Origin: Mycobacterium leprae TN
GTDB taxonomy: Bacteria > Actinomycetota > Actinomycetes > Mycobacteriales > Mycobacteriaceae
NCBI RefSeq assembly: GCF_000195855.1
Contig: NC_002677.1
Span: 540,001 to 572,000, forward strand
Reading direction: 5' to 3'
DNA: 32,000 bases
The position numbers and the translations under genes are program-made. Below the pieces are notes generated by a model. It was given only the letters and a program-made list of their open reading frames with translations. It ran no database searches and had not been told where the DNA came from. This document shows, in pieces, positions 1 to 11,190 of this stretch. The first letter of the stretch is position 1. Each line of letters opens with the position of its first letter.

Positions 1-186
1 AACTCGGCTTTTCCGAGTTGTCGTTCCCCAAAACTGTCTTTCATGGCGACACCCTGTATGCGGAGACGGTATGTACCAGCGAAGAGCCGGCCCAGTTCGG
101 GTGTCGTCACCTTTGAACGCACCGCGCGCAACCAGCACGATAACGTCGTTGTGCAGGCGATGCGCATGACTCTCGCACAGAGGTGA
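1..186 (+). pseudogene. C-terminal remnant of a MaoC-like dehydratase family gene (Rv2499c-like)
   Basis: Plus-strand frames give GDTLYAET... and then, after a frameshift, VVTFERTARNQHDNVVVQAMRMTLAQR*, typical of the C-terminus of the MaoC-like gene next to citE in mycobacteria. Confidence 0.6.
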
Positions 187-203
187 TTGGCGCAGGAGTC
201 TAG

Positions 204-835
204 ATGAACTTGCGCAGTGCCGGTCCGGGATGGCTATTCTGCCCGGCCGATCGACCTGAGGGTTTCGCCGAGGCTGCTGCTGCCGGTTTGGTTATCCTGG
301 ACCTCGAGGATGGCGTGGCACAGGCTGAGAAAGCCGCCGCCCGCAAAGCACTGCGGGATACTCTGCTCAACCCCGAGCTCACGGTAGTGCGGATCAACGC
401 CGACGGTGGGTATTAGCAGGCCTGCGACCTGGACGCCCTGGCCGGTACGGCTTACTCGAGAGTGATGCCTGGCTAAAGCTGAATTGGCGACACAGGTGGG
501 GCCGCATTCGCGCCGCGCTACGTTATCGCTCTGGTCGAGACTGCGCGGGATGTTATGCTAGTCGCTGAAATCGCTGCTAATGGCGCCGTCGGGATGATAT
601 GGGGTGCCGAGGGTTTCATCGCCACTTGAGTAGCAGCTCCAGCCAGTGGGCCGACAGCGGCTATCAGGATGTGGACCGCCATGTCAGGTTCACGGTCTTC
701 CTTGCGGCCTCCGCATTCGACCGGATCGCGCTCGACGCCGTGCCGTTTGGACATCCACGACATTGACGGCCTGCTGGCGGAAATCAACCGACTCCGTGGC
801 GGGTGGGTTTCGGAGTTCTTCGATGCTTATTACTC
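204..835 (+). pseudogene. citE: citE-like (citrate lyase beta / CitE-like) pseudogene
   Basis: MNLRSAGPGWLFCPADRPEGFAEAAAAGLVILDLEDGVAQAEKAAARKALRDTLLNPELTVVRINADG then stops and frameshifts; further pieces VIALVETARDVMLVAEIAANGAVGMIWGAEGFIAT and AVHLDIHDIDGLLAE. Confidence 0.85.
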
Positions 836-1480
836 TCGACCCAGAACCGGTGCAACTCGTCTGTCCAGATAAGATGCTGACGGTGAGATGTCGACGGCCG
901 AATGTTGCTACAACGTCGGATCTTCCCGCCGAGACTATCGTGGCCTCTACGAGCTGATGGTGGTTACCCGAGGGCTCGACACCGAGTTCGTCAACCTGAA
1001 GCGCCAGGTAAGTTGGCGCTGTTCGCGTTTTGTCGTGGTCAGGCAGTTGCGCAGGTAGGCGTTGCGGCCTGCCTCGCAAGAAATACTGGCTGTTTCCCAG
1101 TGCTGTCAGTTGTATGTCTATACTCGTGTGCGGTATACATGCACGGGCATGCTAGCGCAGCATGCCGCGCAACCTGGTATAGCCGGATGGAATTCACCAA
1201 GAAACATTGTGTTCCGATGTCGATTTCGATCTGTACTCAAACTCTGCATACGGTCGGGGCGGCGATGGCTGCATAACGGCTAGGCGAGGACTCTGTGACG
1301 GTGGTCTGCCTTGGCGGCGGTACCACCAGCGTAGGCGATGTGCACGAGGCTCTGAACTTCGCGGAGGTTTTCTAAGCAACGGATTTCGACATCGACGAAG
1401 TGTTCACCACAGTGAACGCGTGAAATCACGCCGGGACTTCAGGAGTAGCGACAACAGCTGCCAAGTCGAACTGGACTGAG
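836..1480 (+). pseudogene. bkdA: branched-chain 2-oxoacid dehydrogenase E1 alpha pseudogene
   Basis: Fragments LDPEPVQLVCPDKMLT, RQPEAPGKLALFAFCRGQAVAQVGVAACL, PMSISICTQTLHTVGAAMAA, GDVHEALNFAEVF and DFDIDEVFTTV; multiple frameshifts and an internal deletion. Confidence 0.8.
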
Positions 1481-1489
1481 TGAAGTATA

Positions 1490-2535
1490 CGGGCATGGCT
1501 TCGACGCTGATCCTCCGGCAAGTTCGAGTGAAGCGCTCACGGTGGCAGTAGATGCTGCTGCACTCGGTGCACAGCCAATGACCATGGTAGCTGCGCTCAA
1601 TCGTGCACTGCATGATGTAATGACAGCCGACAACTGGGTGTGCTGTTAGGCGAAGACGTCTCCACCGCGGATGGAGTATTCCGGGGTACCGGGGATTGGC
1701 CGAAACATATTCGGCGAGAAGCGCTGCTTATACACATCGTTTGCCGAGTCAGCGCTGATCGGCATCGCCATCGGACTCACGCTGCGTGGCTTTGACCCGG
1801 TTCCTGAAATCCAGTTCGACGGCTTTTCTTACCCAGTCTTCGATAGGTGGTCAGCCTTCTAGCGAAGTACTGGACCCGTACTCGCAGTGAAGGTGAATAT
1901 GCGGGTCACGGGCCGGATTCCGTCGTTTGGCGTCATCGGTGCAGCCAAACATCGCTCGGACTTTACTGCAATCTATTGGGTGCACACCGCGGTCCTGAAA
2001 GTACTGTTTTCGTCGTCACCCTCTGATGCCTATTGGCTGCTGCGGACACGCGATCGACTGTCCAGACCCTGTGATGTAATTAGAGAACAAACTCCGCTGC
2101 TAGGGTCGCGGAATGGTCAACACCAGCAGGTCAGAACCCTCGATCGGTCAGTTGATGGTGCCCCGGTCCGGCACCGACGTAACCGTCATAACTTATGGAA
2201 GCCGAGTTCAGTACCGTGATATCTCTTGTGTAAGAGACTTAGCAGCAACGTGGTTGGAGTGTCGAAATTATCGATCTCTTGTGACTGACCTCGGTGGATT
2301 TCGATACTATCGCCGCTTCCATCCATCGGGCCGGGTGATGCACGAAGGGCCGCTAAGCCTGGGCTACGGCGCCGGTTTGGCCGCACGCATCTAGTAAGCT
2401 ATGTTTTACGAGCTGCAGGTTCCGGTGTTACTCGCCTGCGATTTTGGCACTCCCTACCCGGCGGCTTCGTTGGAGAGGTGGCTACCGGGTTCCGACCAGC
2501 TGCTGGATTGTGTCGGGCGTGAGTTGGAGCAGTCG
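1490..2535 (+). pseudogene. bkdB: branched-chain 2-oxoacid dehydrogenase E1 beta pseudogene
   Basis: FAESALIGIAIGLTLRGFDPVPEIQFDGFSYPVFD; RIPSFGVIGAAKHRSD; YWVHTAVLKVLFSSSPSDAYWLLR; MVNTSRSEPSIGQLMVPRSGTDVTVITYG; VMHEGPLSLGYGAGLAARI, spread over several frames. Confidence 0.88.
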
Positions 2536-3755
2536 TGATCGCAACTTTGTTCACCAGCGCGTCAAGCTTTTTCGTGTACACGACCTTGGCTAGGTACTGG
2601 GAGAAGTGACTGTGATGTTTGGAACGTCGATGTCGGCGACTACGTGGAGCTTAACCAGATCCTGTGCACTGTGGGTATTGTGAAGGTTCAGGTTGAAATC
2701 CCCGGTCTTTACGCTGTCCGGATCGTTGTACAGGGCCAGCTTCGAAGGAGATGTACCCAAGGTGGGCGTGGTGTTGGTCCGGATCGACATTGCACCGTCG
2801 AACAAGGCGGCGCGGTCCGCGTCGCTCAATGGTGAGGCCGCGGTACCCGCCCTGGTCGGCTATGGTGTTGGCGCGGACATCGATATCAGACGGCGATCAA
2901 GTCGGCCCCACCCGTGCTTAAGCTCGACAAGCTATCTGTCGGTCGGTTTCGCTTCACTGTAGCGCGGCGCAGGCGAGGGGATCACTCGCGCGGACGTGCT
3001 GGTGGCTGCTTCATGCGTCGGTACCGGTGTTCGACCGGTGCTCGGGGTGCGCTAAGATGGTGGAGAAGATGGCGCTGTCCCCACAAGGAAATCCTGGAAG
3101 CAAAAGTCAGTGTTGAAGCTTATGGCACCGAACTCCTGAGGCTGGGCGATCGGTTTCGTTAGCTCGCGTAGGGGACTGACTACGAGGTCACTCCCATTCG
3201 TGCTGACGCAGCTGCTGCGTGTTATTTCCTGTGATCCACAACGCAATTCTTAGCTCTACCTGGTTCGACTCGCCGGATGGGCCATACGTCTACATCCACC
3301 GTGGTGTGCATCTGGGATTCGGTCTCCTGTAAAGCCTGGCTGCTTGCCCAGCCGTACTTGGTCGCCAGCGTGCTACTGGTACCGGTTATTATTGACGCCC
3401 AAATTAAAAATAACCCGCGAACTTGCTTACCGTACAACTGAGTTTATCGCTGGTGCGCGCGCAGTCACTCTGACGCCTTCGGAGCTGTGAGGCTTGACTT
3501 TCATCGTGTTGAACTCTGGGTAGTTGGGCTTGGACGACAGTGTAGCAATGATCAAACATCACGAAGCGGCCATTCTGGGGATCGGAGTAATTAAGCCGCT
3601 TCTGGTGTCCGTAGGAAATGTGCTGGTGGTGTGTACGATCAGTGACTCTGACATGCGTGTTCGATTGGCCAATGGCGCCCAGATGGCGCAATTTCATTTG
3701 CAAGCTAAGCGACCCGATCCAGTAGTCTGAGACCGCGCTATTAGAGCTTTAAGTC
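2536..3755 (+). pseudogene. bkdC: dihydrolipoamide acyltransferase (E2) pseudogene
   Basis: Lipoyl-domain remnant [28 protein letters not shown], then [58 protein letters not shown] and RLANGAQMAQFHL; frameshifted. Confidence 0.85.
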
Positions 3756-4359
3756 GCACTTACGTCGTCCCTTCGTTTTCGTTGTCGGCGCTAAACAGAT
3801 TTTCGTTGTGCTAGAAGGTGGGTAGTTCGGTTTTTGTCGTTGTCGAAGGACGCGAGTTAATGACAGGAGTAGGCGGTTCAGGAGGATGACGTCGTTCATT
3901 GGCAGGATGCTGCCAGGTAAGTACCTTGCTGGTCTTGTATTTCAACTTTTGAGCGTAGTGGATACGATGATGGAGACTGGTACCCGTTGTGCTGGAACAG
4001 ATTCTCCCGGATGCCGACAGGGCGTGCAACGCAGTGGTGAGTGCATCATGATTGCGTTGGGCTAAGTTGTGGGGTGTCCCGTTCGATCACGTTTTGTCTG
4101 GGTGCTTGCTTTCGCCATCGCGATGATTGTCGGGCTAGGGGTGTCGCTGATAGTGCGTTGTCGCCGGGTGTGGGGATCGTGTTGCCTGGTCGCGGTAGTG
4201 CCGGGTGGATACCGTCGCGGGGTTGAATAAGATGGTCCCGTTGGCGCTGATGGGGGTCGCCACCGCCCGGTGAGGTTGGTGAACCAGCGTCGTACGTAGA
4301 CCCATCTCCGACGGTGGCTGTGTTGTTGTCAGTGAACGATCCGCCACCACATGAGTTTA

Positions 4360-5420
4360 CGCAGAAGGTTCAATGTATGCTTGGCGACGGTATGTCGGAA
4401 GAGGGGTCTTGGTCTCGGATAGGTGCAATCCCATTAGTTCGAGCGCCCAAGTGATGTCTTTGCGTAGTGTTTCGATGTGGCTTTGGGATCTTTTGACCAG
4501 CACTACAAAATCGTCCGCGTAACCAACTAGGCGCCAGTTCGGCAGTCCTTTCCAGCCACGGCGTCGGCGTACTGGTCAACCTTGGTTGCCGCGGTTTCCG
4601 CGGCATATGTAGGTGCTTATCGAGTACTGCCGACGCTATGTTGGCCAGCAGCGGGACCAAGAGGCTGTCTTGCGGCGTGCTGATATGGGTGTTCTCGTAG
4701 TTCGCCGAGTTCACTGAGGATCCTGACCTTGAGGAACGACTTGACCAGCCGCAGCACCCGCTTGTCTTTGATCCGCTGGAGCACCTGGTCTATTGGGGTC
4801 GGGTGGTCTACGTGGTCAAAGTACGTCTCAAATATCTGTGTCTAACACTCATCGGTATTCCTGGGTGGCCAACAGATGGATCTCGGCGATGGCGTCGTGT
4901 GTGCGCTGGGCGGGCCGAAACCCGCAGGAAAATGGCTTGAAGTCGGTCTCGAAGATGGTTTCTAGCAACAGTTTTAGCGTCACCTGGAAGACGACATGGT
5001 CGGCCACCGTGGGAATCTCCAGCAACAGCAACTTGCCCGACCTGCTTGATTTGGGGATCTTGTGTATCCTGCACCGGTTGAGGTTGGAACTGCTCACTTT
5101 TGAGCGGTATGCGTAGCCCTCCTAGGAACATCGGTACTTCACCTTGGAGTTGATGCGGGTGTCCACAGTCAGCCCGTTCGATCTTGCTGTTGTACGGGCA
5201 CTCGGGTTGGTTGCTACCCGATCAATGCCACCACCAAGGTGACTGGGTCGGAGACGGAATTGAACAGATCATCGAACCGGTGGCCGGGATCGGCTGTCGC
5301 CCATCGGTGACGTTTGACCTGTATTTCCGATCCTTACCGCTAGGGTCCATCAGGTCCTGCTTGCACAGAGCACCACCATTCAGCGGCGCATCATCCGGCA
5401 TGATAACCTCCTAATGCCTT
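4360..5420 (-). pseudogene. group II intron reverse transcriptase/maturase pseudogene
   Basis: Minus-strand pieces in order: VKRHRWATADPGHRFDDLFNSVSDPVTLVVA, IPTVADHVVFQVTLKLLLETIFETDFKPFSCGFRPAQRTHDAIAEIHLLATQEYR, STPQDSLLVPLLANIASAVLDKHL, YADDFVVLVKRSQSHIETLRKDITWALELMGLHLSETKT. Includes the RT YADD motif; several frames. Confidence 0.9.
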
Positions 5421-6764
5421 TGCGAATTCGCTGCTCCTTGATCATTAGTCGCCTTTTCCGACCTCGGACTACTATTACTACGGTGGTTTACTACGGTGGT
5501 TCTGTTCTATTCCGAACCGGTCGGTCGACGGCGCTCCTAGCCCAGCACTGTGCTGGATATGCGGCATTAAGCCGGGAACGGCGTAGTTCTCGTGTTCACG
5601 TGTTGATCGCTTGACGAAGTAGGCACCCAATTTTGCCCCTAGGACATCGCCTGGCGACAACCAGCAGCACGTCACCACGGTCTTCTAATCAACGAGGACA
5701 AATCTACGAGGAATGCCCTACGACCTTAAGGCAAGTAGGTGCGCATCGCCTCCGACTCCTATCCGCTCAGATTTGAGCCGAAACACCATCATAGGGGATA
5801 GGGACATATTAACGCCGGCTTCTTCCGTATGTCTTTCCGTTTCGCTCACCGGACCCGACCCATCTGGGGTACTAAAATGTTCCAGCTTTGCCAGGGCCGC
5901 CTGCCGCTCTCCCCGATATCTTCCCGGACCAGGCTGCCCTCAGTGTCGCAGTACTGCTGCGACAAAACTACCGTGCAGGTCTTTTACCTCCAGTCGACCA
6001 ACAAACACTTCACGACACACATACGCATCGGTATAGCTGCCATCTGGGTTAAGGCAGTCAGCGGCGAGTGATTGGCCAGCATGGCCAGCTGGTCTGGACG
6101 AAACTTGGTGGTCAGAGCTGCCACTGTGTCTCGGATTGCTAGTGAGTTTCGATGTCAACAGAACTGGGCGGCCGGCAAAAGAAGTTGCTGATCACCTGCA
6201 TGTGGTCGGTATCGATGCACTTGTCGCTTTGGGCCGTGGCGGTAGCGGTCAACAGCGGTGGTAACGGTTGACCGGTCAATGTGTGCCGTTCACCGAGATC
6301 GGCAGCCTCGGCCACCCGCCGGTTGGCCCCGTCGCCAGTGATGTGCAGTCGGCTCGCCAACGCTGTGGGCAGTATGCCGCCCAAGCTTTTCGGAGTCGGA
6401 CTGCTCCGCGATCTGATTGATTCAACTCACGTTCAACGGTAGTTAGCTGGCGGCATGCCGTTGAGTACGAGTTGCAACAGGGCCAACCGTCCCCGCGTGA
6501 TCAATGCGTCAAGCCAGAGCTCTGTCAGCCGCGATATCGTGCCATCAAGCATAGCAAAGCCGCTGCCATTGCCTCCCGATTAAGAACGTCGCAACCTACA
6601 CCGCTAAACTAGCTCAGTACACCGACCGAAAACCCGCTTCTAAGCTATTGAAAACGCTGTGAAAAAAGTGATTAAAGTCTGGTGTTATCTGTGTTGTGCT
6701 ACGGCTAATCGCGCGACGAATTCCGGCGATTGGACCAATTTCACCTGCGATCCAAGTTTTAAGC

Positions 6765-7110
6765 GCTTAGCAGTTCGTTTTGTTCGTTGTTGAACGCCGC
6801 ACCGACGGTATAGTTGGCCGTGCTTAGCGCCAAACCTGGGCCCACGGTGGATTCGATATCGAAATGCATGTCGCAGAACAAAGCCGCCTGAGTGACCTAA
6901 GATCCCACCATAAGGTGCAAGCATCTAGCTTGCACCTTATGGTGGGATGCAGTCCCCGTTTCTGGAATGGGATGTTGAACAGCGCGGCTGGCTTCGTGAT
7001 GCGTACGTCGGCGGCCAGTGCCAGGTTCACAGGTCTGCCGCCGACGGCTGCGCCATTGACAGTGACGATGGTGGGCAGCAGACTGCAATTGCCGACCGCC
7101 ATGAAGCCGT
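6765..7110 (-). pseudogene. enoyl-CoA hydratase/isomerase family pseudogene
   Basis: [53 protein letters not shown], then a palindromic disruption, then [24 protein letters not shown] in another frame. Confidence 0.82.
6902..6948. repeat. Perfect inverted repeat: 21-bp arms, 5-nt loop
   Basis: atcccaccataaggtgcaagc (6902-6922) - atcta - gcttgcaccttatggtgggat (6928-6948); the arms are exact reverse complements. Confidence 0.95.
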
Positions 7111-7269
7111 AGTAGAGCCACAGCAGTCCGGGTGCGATCCTCGGCGATCAATCCCAGCGCCTAGGGCGCTGAGTTCGCACTTACCGGACGCCACCGCCAC
7201 TACTCTGGTCGGCACTGCTTTGCATCACTGCCGACGAATACCTCTTCTCGTATTTAGGTTGGCGGCTGT

Positions 7270-7960
7270 CGTCACCCGACAGCAAGTCAGCACGACGACA
7301 TTCTCGACATCATGTTGTACAGTGCCGATCCCAGCACCGGCGAGCAACTCGACACTGATAATGTTGTTAACCAGATCCTCACGCTGTTAGTCAGCGGCAG
7401 CCAAACATTGGCCAACGCCATCGCGTTCGCCTTGCACTATCTCCTCTCCATCCACCACGACATCGCCGCCCAAACCCGCCGCGAAATCTACCAAAACCGG
7501 TCAGATCGTGGTATCGCCAACGTATCGTATTGTTCGGCGATGTCGTTAAACTGCGATGCTTACGTCGTGTCGTCGACGCAACTTTGCGGCTGTGGTCTGG
7601 TGGTGCCCTGCTACTTGCGCCAGGCTCGCCGTGACACCACTCTCGGAAACGGCACATCTCTTTTCCACAAAGGCCAATGGGTGATCGTCCTGTTAACCGC
7701 GCCGATGCCTGGGGGCCCGATGCTAACGAATTCAACCCCGACCGAGTCTTGCCGGAAATTTGCAGGAAGCTGCCCCGTATACCTATAAATCCTCTTTGGG
7801 ACCGGGCTCCGCACCTGCATCGGTCGCCGATTCGCCCTCCACGAAATGGCGTTGGAGTTGACGATGATCGTGCATCAATACATACTATCTAGAGCCGACC
7901 CGGGTACTGCCTATCGATCTCCGAGGCGTTCACACTTAAAACCGTCGGTCTGCACGGCTA
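7270..7960 (+). pseudogene. cytochrome P450 pseudogene
   Basis: DDILDIMLYSADPSTGEQLDTDNVVNQILTLLVSGSQTLANAIAFALHYLLSIH, YLRQARRDTTLGNGTSLFHKGQWVIVLLTA, VWGPDANEFNPDRVLPE and ALELTMIVHQY across shifting frames; matches I-helix to C-terminal P450 architecture, with the I-helix threonine region altered. Confidence 0.85.
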
Positions 7961-9332
7961 CACAGCCGGTAATGTCTGTCATAGTGCCGCTATGCAGGCC
8001 TGGTACGTATCTAGCGTGGGCTGCTGTTATTTCGGTCTAGAGTGTCACGTAGTTAGGGTGAAGGGGCGGCCGATAACAGCACAGCAGACATCGGTCTCAG
8101 CAGCCAGTTGGTACAAGCCGAAAGGAACAATGGAACAAAAGGTATTTCGAATCGTGACCGACAGAGATTCTCTTTGCCAAAATGTATATGTATATGTGGG
8201 AACGGGGCCTGACTCGATGTTTGCCGCCGCCGCAAAATGCGGAGAACACGTAATTATGAGATAGGTAATAGGCTTAGGTCGTTCGTGGCAGCGGTTGCGG
8301 TGTTACAAGAGCAGTGCTTAGGTTCTTCGGTGATGTGGATGGCCGAGGCAGCCGCGCCGTATCGGCAATGGCCGGATTCCCTTGCTGGGAAATCTATCGG
8401 ACCGCCGCAAAGGCTTACCGCCTTGTGGAAGCGTATGGCAATGCGTGTGAGATGGTGGTTCTCCCCCGGACGCGATTGCCTGGAACTGTGTTCAGTGAGA
8501 AGCGCTAATCGCCGGGGAACGATTCGGGAAAACCTTCGGTGATCGCGGCAGTTGAGGACTAAGACCAGTAGTTCTGCCCCTGGAACGTCAAGGCGATGGA
8601 GGCTTATGCTGCTGCGGTTACGGATAGGTTGTTGTAGATGACTCCGTGACAGGAGCGGCTGAATATCACTAACAAGGCCGGGGTGGTCCCCGGAGGTGTC
8701 GCGGTCCGCTGCTGCTTTTATTTGCCAATGTCACCATGGCACTTCGCCGAGGTCCGAACCATGCTCCAATTCCGGAGTCACGTTGATATCACTAGGCCGT
8801 GATAATGTATCCACTGTTTGACGCTGATGCTTGCCGTGTTTCGTTCTGGTCAAGAATCCGACTGTTTTGGGTGTTGATGTGCTCGGCGGCCGTTTCGCTA
8901 GTTGTTGCTAAGTGACGGTGGGCTGACGCGATGATTTGGTTTCATCCAGCATGATCCGGAGGGATCGAATGCTTCGATCCGGGTTCTTTGCATGCTGAAG
9001 GATTTCGTACGTGCTCTACTTGCAGAGTCGAAAAATGGTGCTAGCGCAAGGGGAGTCTGTCCGCTAGTTTTCCATGTATACGTGCTCTTTCAGCATTACG
9101 TAGTTGTGGCCAGTGGAAGATGAGTTCGAGCGTTGTAAACGTAGCGTTTCGTACTGATCGGTGTAAAGACCATGACGCGTTTTATAGGGTGGTCCGGGTT
9201 CCTCGTGTTATTTCCCATGATGACCAATCGAGTGTGCCGAACAGGGCAGTTTTGTAAGCGCTTAAGCCATCTCTGCAGTATCCTGTCTACCGCTTCTGCC
9301 AATCCGACACGGTTCGAGCATAGTAGTCAGCT

Positions 9333-10150
9333 TCAGCTAGCGTGTTTGCAGCAAAATATAAGCCGGTTTCGGTCAAAGGTCTTGTCCTGGGTTAACGCGG
9401 GGCCGGCTTGCGGCTGAAGTGACGTCTGGTTGTAAAGTCGCCATTCGTCCGCACGGAACGGTTGTATGAACCATAGCTCGTGATCCAGTAACACCCACCT
9501 GAAGAATGTCGTACTCACCCGGATGGATCGATTACGCTGTGCCCAGCAACGTCAGATCGCTCATGTAGGCCAGTGTGCGGATGTGCCAGCACCGGATTGT
9601 CGGACAGCGGGTCGCGATGGCGGAACTACACCTGCTGCTGGGCTACCTTGCCCCGGTCTAGGCTCGAAGAGCTTAAGCAGTACTTTGCGCAGGTCTCATT
9701 CCTGAAACTGCTTAATGATCTCGTCGTCAGACGCCTTCATGCTGCTGGCTTCGGGATTTTCCTTGGAGTCCGGCTGCCGGAGATATCTCGTCCTGGTGGA
9801 CGATGCCCTTTTAGCCTTCTGAAGCGACGTCGACATGTGGCAAGCAAGCAAGATAGTCTGGCTGCACTGCGCTGACGTAGCGGGTGCAAAAGGAACCGCC
9901 GTCGCGGGACATGCTTGACCAGAAAGACGGTGGGCACGCATAAGATCTCCCGGCAACAGAAAAGGGCCGTGCAGCCAGTGCATACTGGTACCCGCATCGT
10001 CGACCGTACGCACCACCGACCCTAGCGATTGCCCCGCTTACCTGGCCGCTAAAGGCATGGTTCCGGTTTTCCGATGTTAAACTAGCTAAGCTAGCATGGA
10101 AAATGTTGACCTCGAGCTGCTCCAGATCAAAGATTTCCTTGATTGCCACG
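9333..10150 (-). pseudogene. tesB2: acyl-CoA thioesterase II pseudogene
   Basis: Minus-strand pieces IKEIFDLEQLEVNIFHASLASLTSENRNHAFSGQV, VRTVDDAGTSMHWLHGPFLLPGDL, RDGGSFCTR, HELWFIQPFRADEWRLYNQTS...ALTQDKTFDRN; frameshifted. Confidence 0.85.
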
Positions 10151-10192
10151 CTATCGGTCGTCTGCTTTTCGCTCAAGCGCTCATCACCGTTT

Positions 10193-11116
10193 TTACCAGC
10201 CCCGCTGGGCCAGCCGATCGGGCTGCGCAATCTGTTCAACATCGATGCCCGCCATCGCCTCACCCAGCCCGCGCGACACCTTGGCCAGTACATCGGGATC
10301 GTCGTAGAATGTGGTGGCCTTAACGATCGCGGCGGCACGCTGAGCCGGATCACTCGACTTGAAGATTCCTGAGCCCACAAAGATGCCCTCGGCGCCGAGC
10401 TGCATCATCATCGCCGCGTCGGCGGGAGTGGCGATTCCGCCGGCAGTGAACAGCGTGACCGGCAGCTTGTTTGTCCGGGCTACTTCGATGACGAGCTCGT
10501 AGGGGGCGTGTAATTCCTTTGCTGCAACATACAACTCGTCCTCAGATAAGGAGGTCAGGCGGCGGATGTCGCCGGCGATGGCCCGCATATGCGTGGTTGC
10601 GTTGGATACGTCACCGGTACCGGCTTCGCCCTTGGACCGGATCATTGCCGCCCCCTCGTTAATGCGCCGTAGCGCCTCACCGAGATTGGTAGCCCCACAC
10701 ACAAACGGTACGGTGAACTTCCACTTGTCGATGTGATGGGTGTAGTCAGCGGGAGTCAGCACTTCGGACTCGTCGATGTAGTCGACACCCAGGCTCTGCA
10801 GGATCTGCGCCTCGACGAAATGCCCGATCCTCGCTTTGGCCATCACCGGAATCGTGACCGCGGCGATGATGCTCTCGATCATGTCGGGGTCGCTCATCCG
10901 TGACACCCCGCCCTGAGCACGGATATCGGAAGGCACCCTCTCCAGCGCCATCACTGCGACGGCACCGGAGCCTTCGGCGATTCGGGCCTGCTCGGGGATA
11001 ACGACGTCCATTATGACGCCGCCTTTGAGCATCTCGGCCATACCGCGCTTCACCCGCGCCGTTCCGGTCTGGCCGAAAACCGACTGGGCCTGGTTCGACT
11101 GTGCGGCGCTATCCAC
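10193..11116 (-). CDS. pdxS: pyridoxal 5'-phosphate synthase lyase subunit PdxS
   Basis: Intact [80 protein letters not shown]...; GTG start inferred at 11116. The track ORF up to 11401 includes spurious upstream codons that overlap the Nudix gene. Confidence 0.96.
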   Translation of the reverse strand: MDSAAQSNQAQSVFGQTGTARVKRGMAEMLKGGVIMDVVIPEQARIAEGSGAVAVMALERVPSDIRAQGGVSRMSDPDMIESIIAAVTIPVMAKARIGHFVEAQILQSLGVDYIDESEVLTPADYTHHIDKWKFTVPFVCGATNLGEALRRINEGAAMIRSKGEAGTGDVSNATTHMRAIAGDIRRLTSLSEDELYVAAKELHAPYELVIEVARTNKLPVTLFTAGGIATPADAAMMMQLGAEGIFVGSGIFKSSDPAQRAAAIVKATTFYDDPDVLAKVSRGLGEAMAGIDVEQIAQPDRLAQRGW

Positions 11117-11190
11117 TAGACTTTTCTCTCCCTTAAACTGATTTGTCTCAATTAACTCTAGTGGCGGGCGATAAACGAGTTTGGCCCTGC

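Noticed and set aside
4808-5131. 107-aa ORFs on both strands in the intron region
   Set aside because: They overlap the frame carrying reverse-transcriptase motifs (minus, 4849-5097) and are alternative frames of that pseudogene.
8190-8215. gtatatgtatatgtgg short tandem-like repeat as a possible CRISPR or VNTR
   Set aside because: Only about two copies of a very short unit; no spacer-repeat structure. No CRISPR array or cas gene was seen anywhere in the window.
9811-10380. 189-aa minus ORF spanning the pdxS end and tesB2 region
   Set aside because: Only its internal part matches tesB2; the first part is an out-of-frame reading of pdxS. Not a fused new gene.
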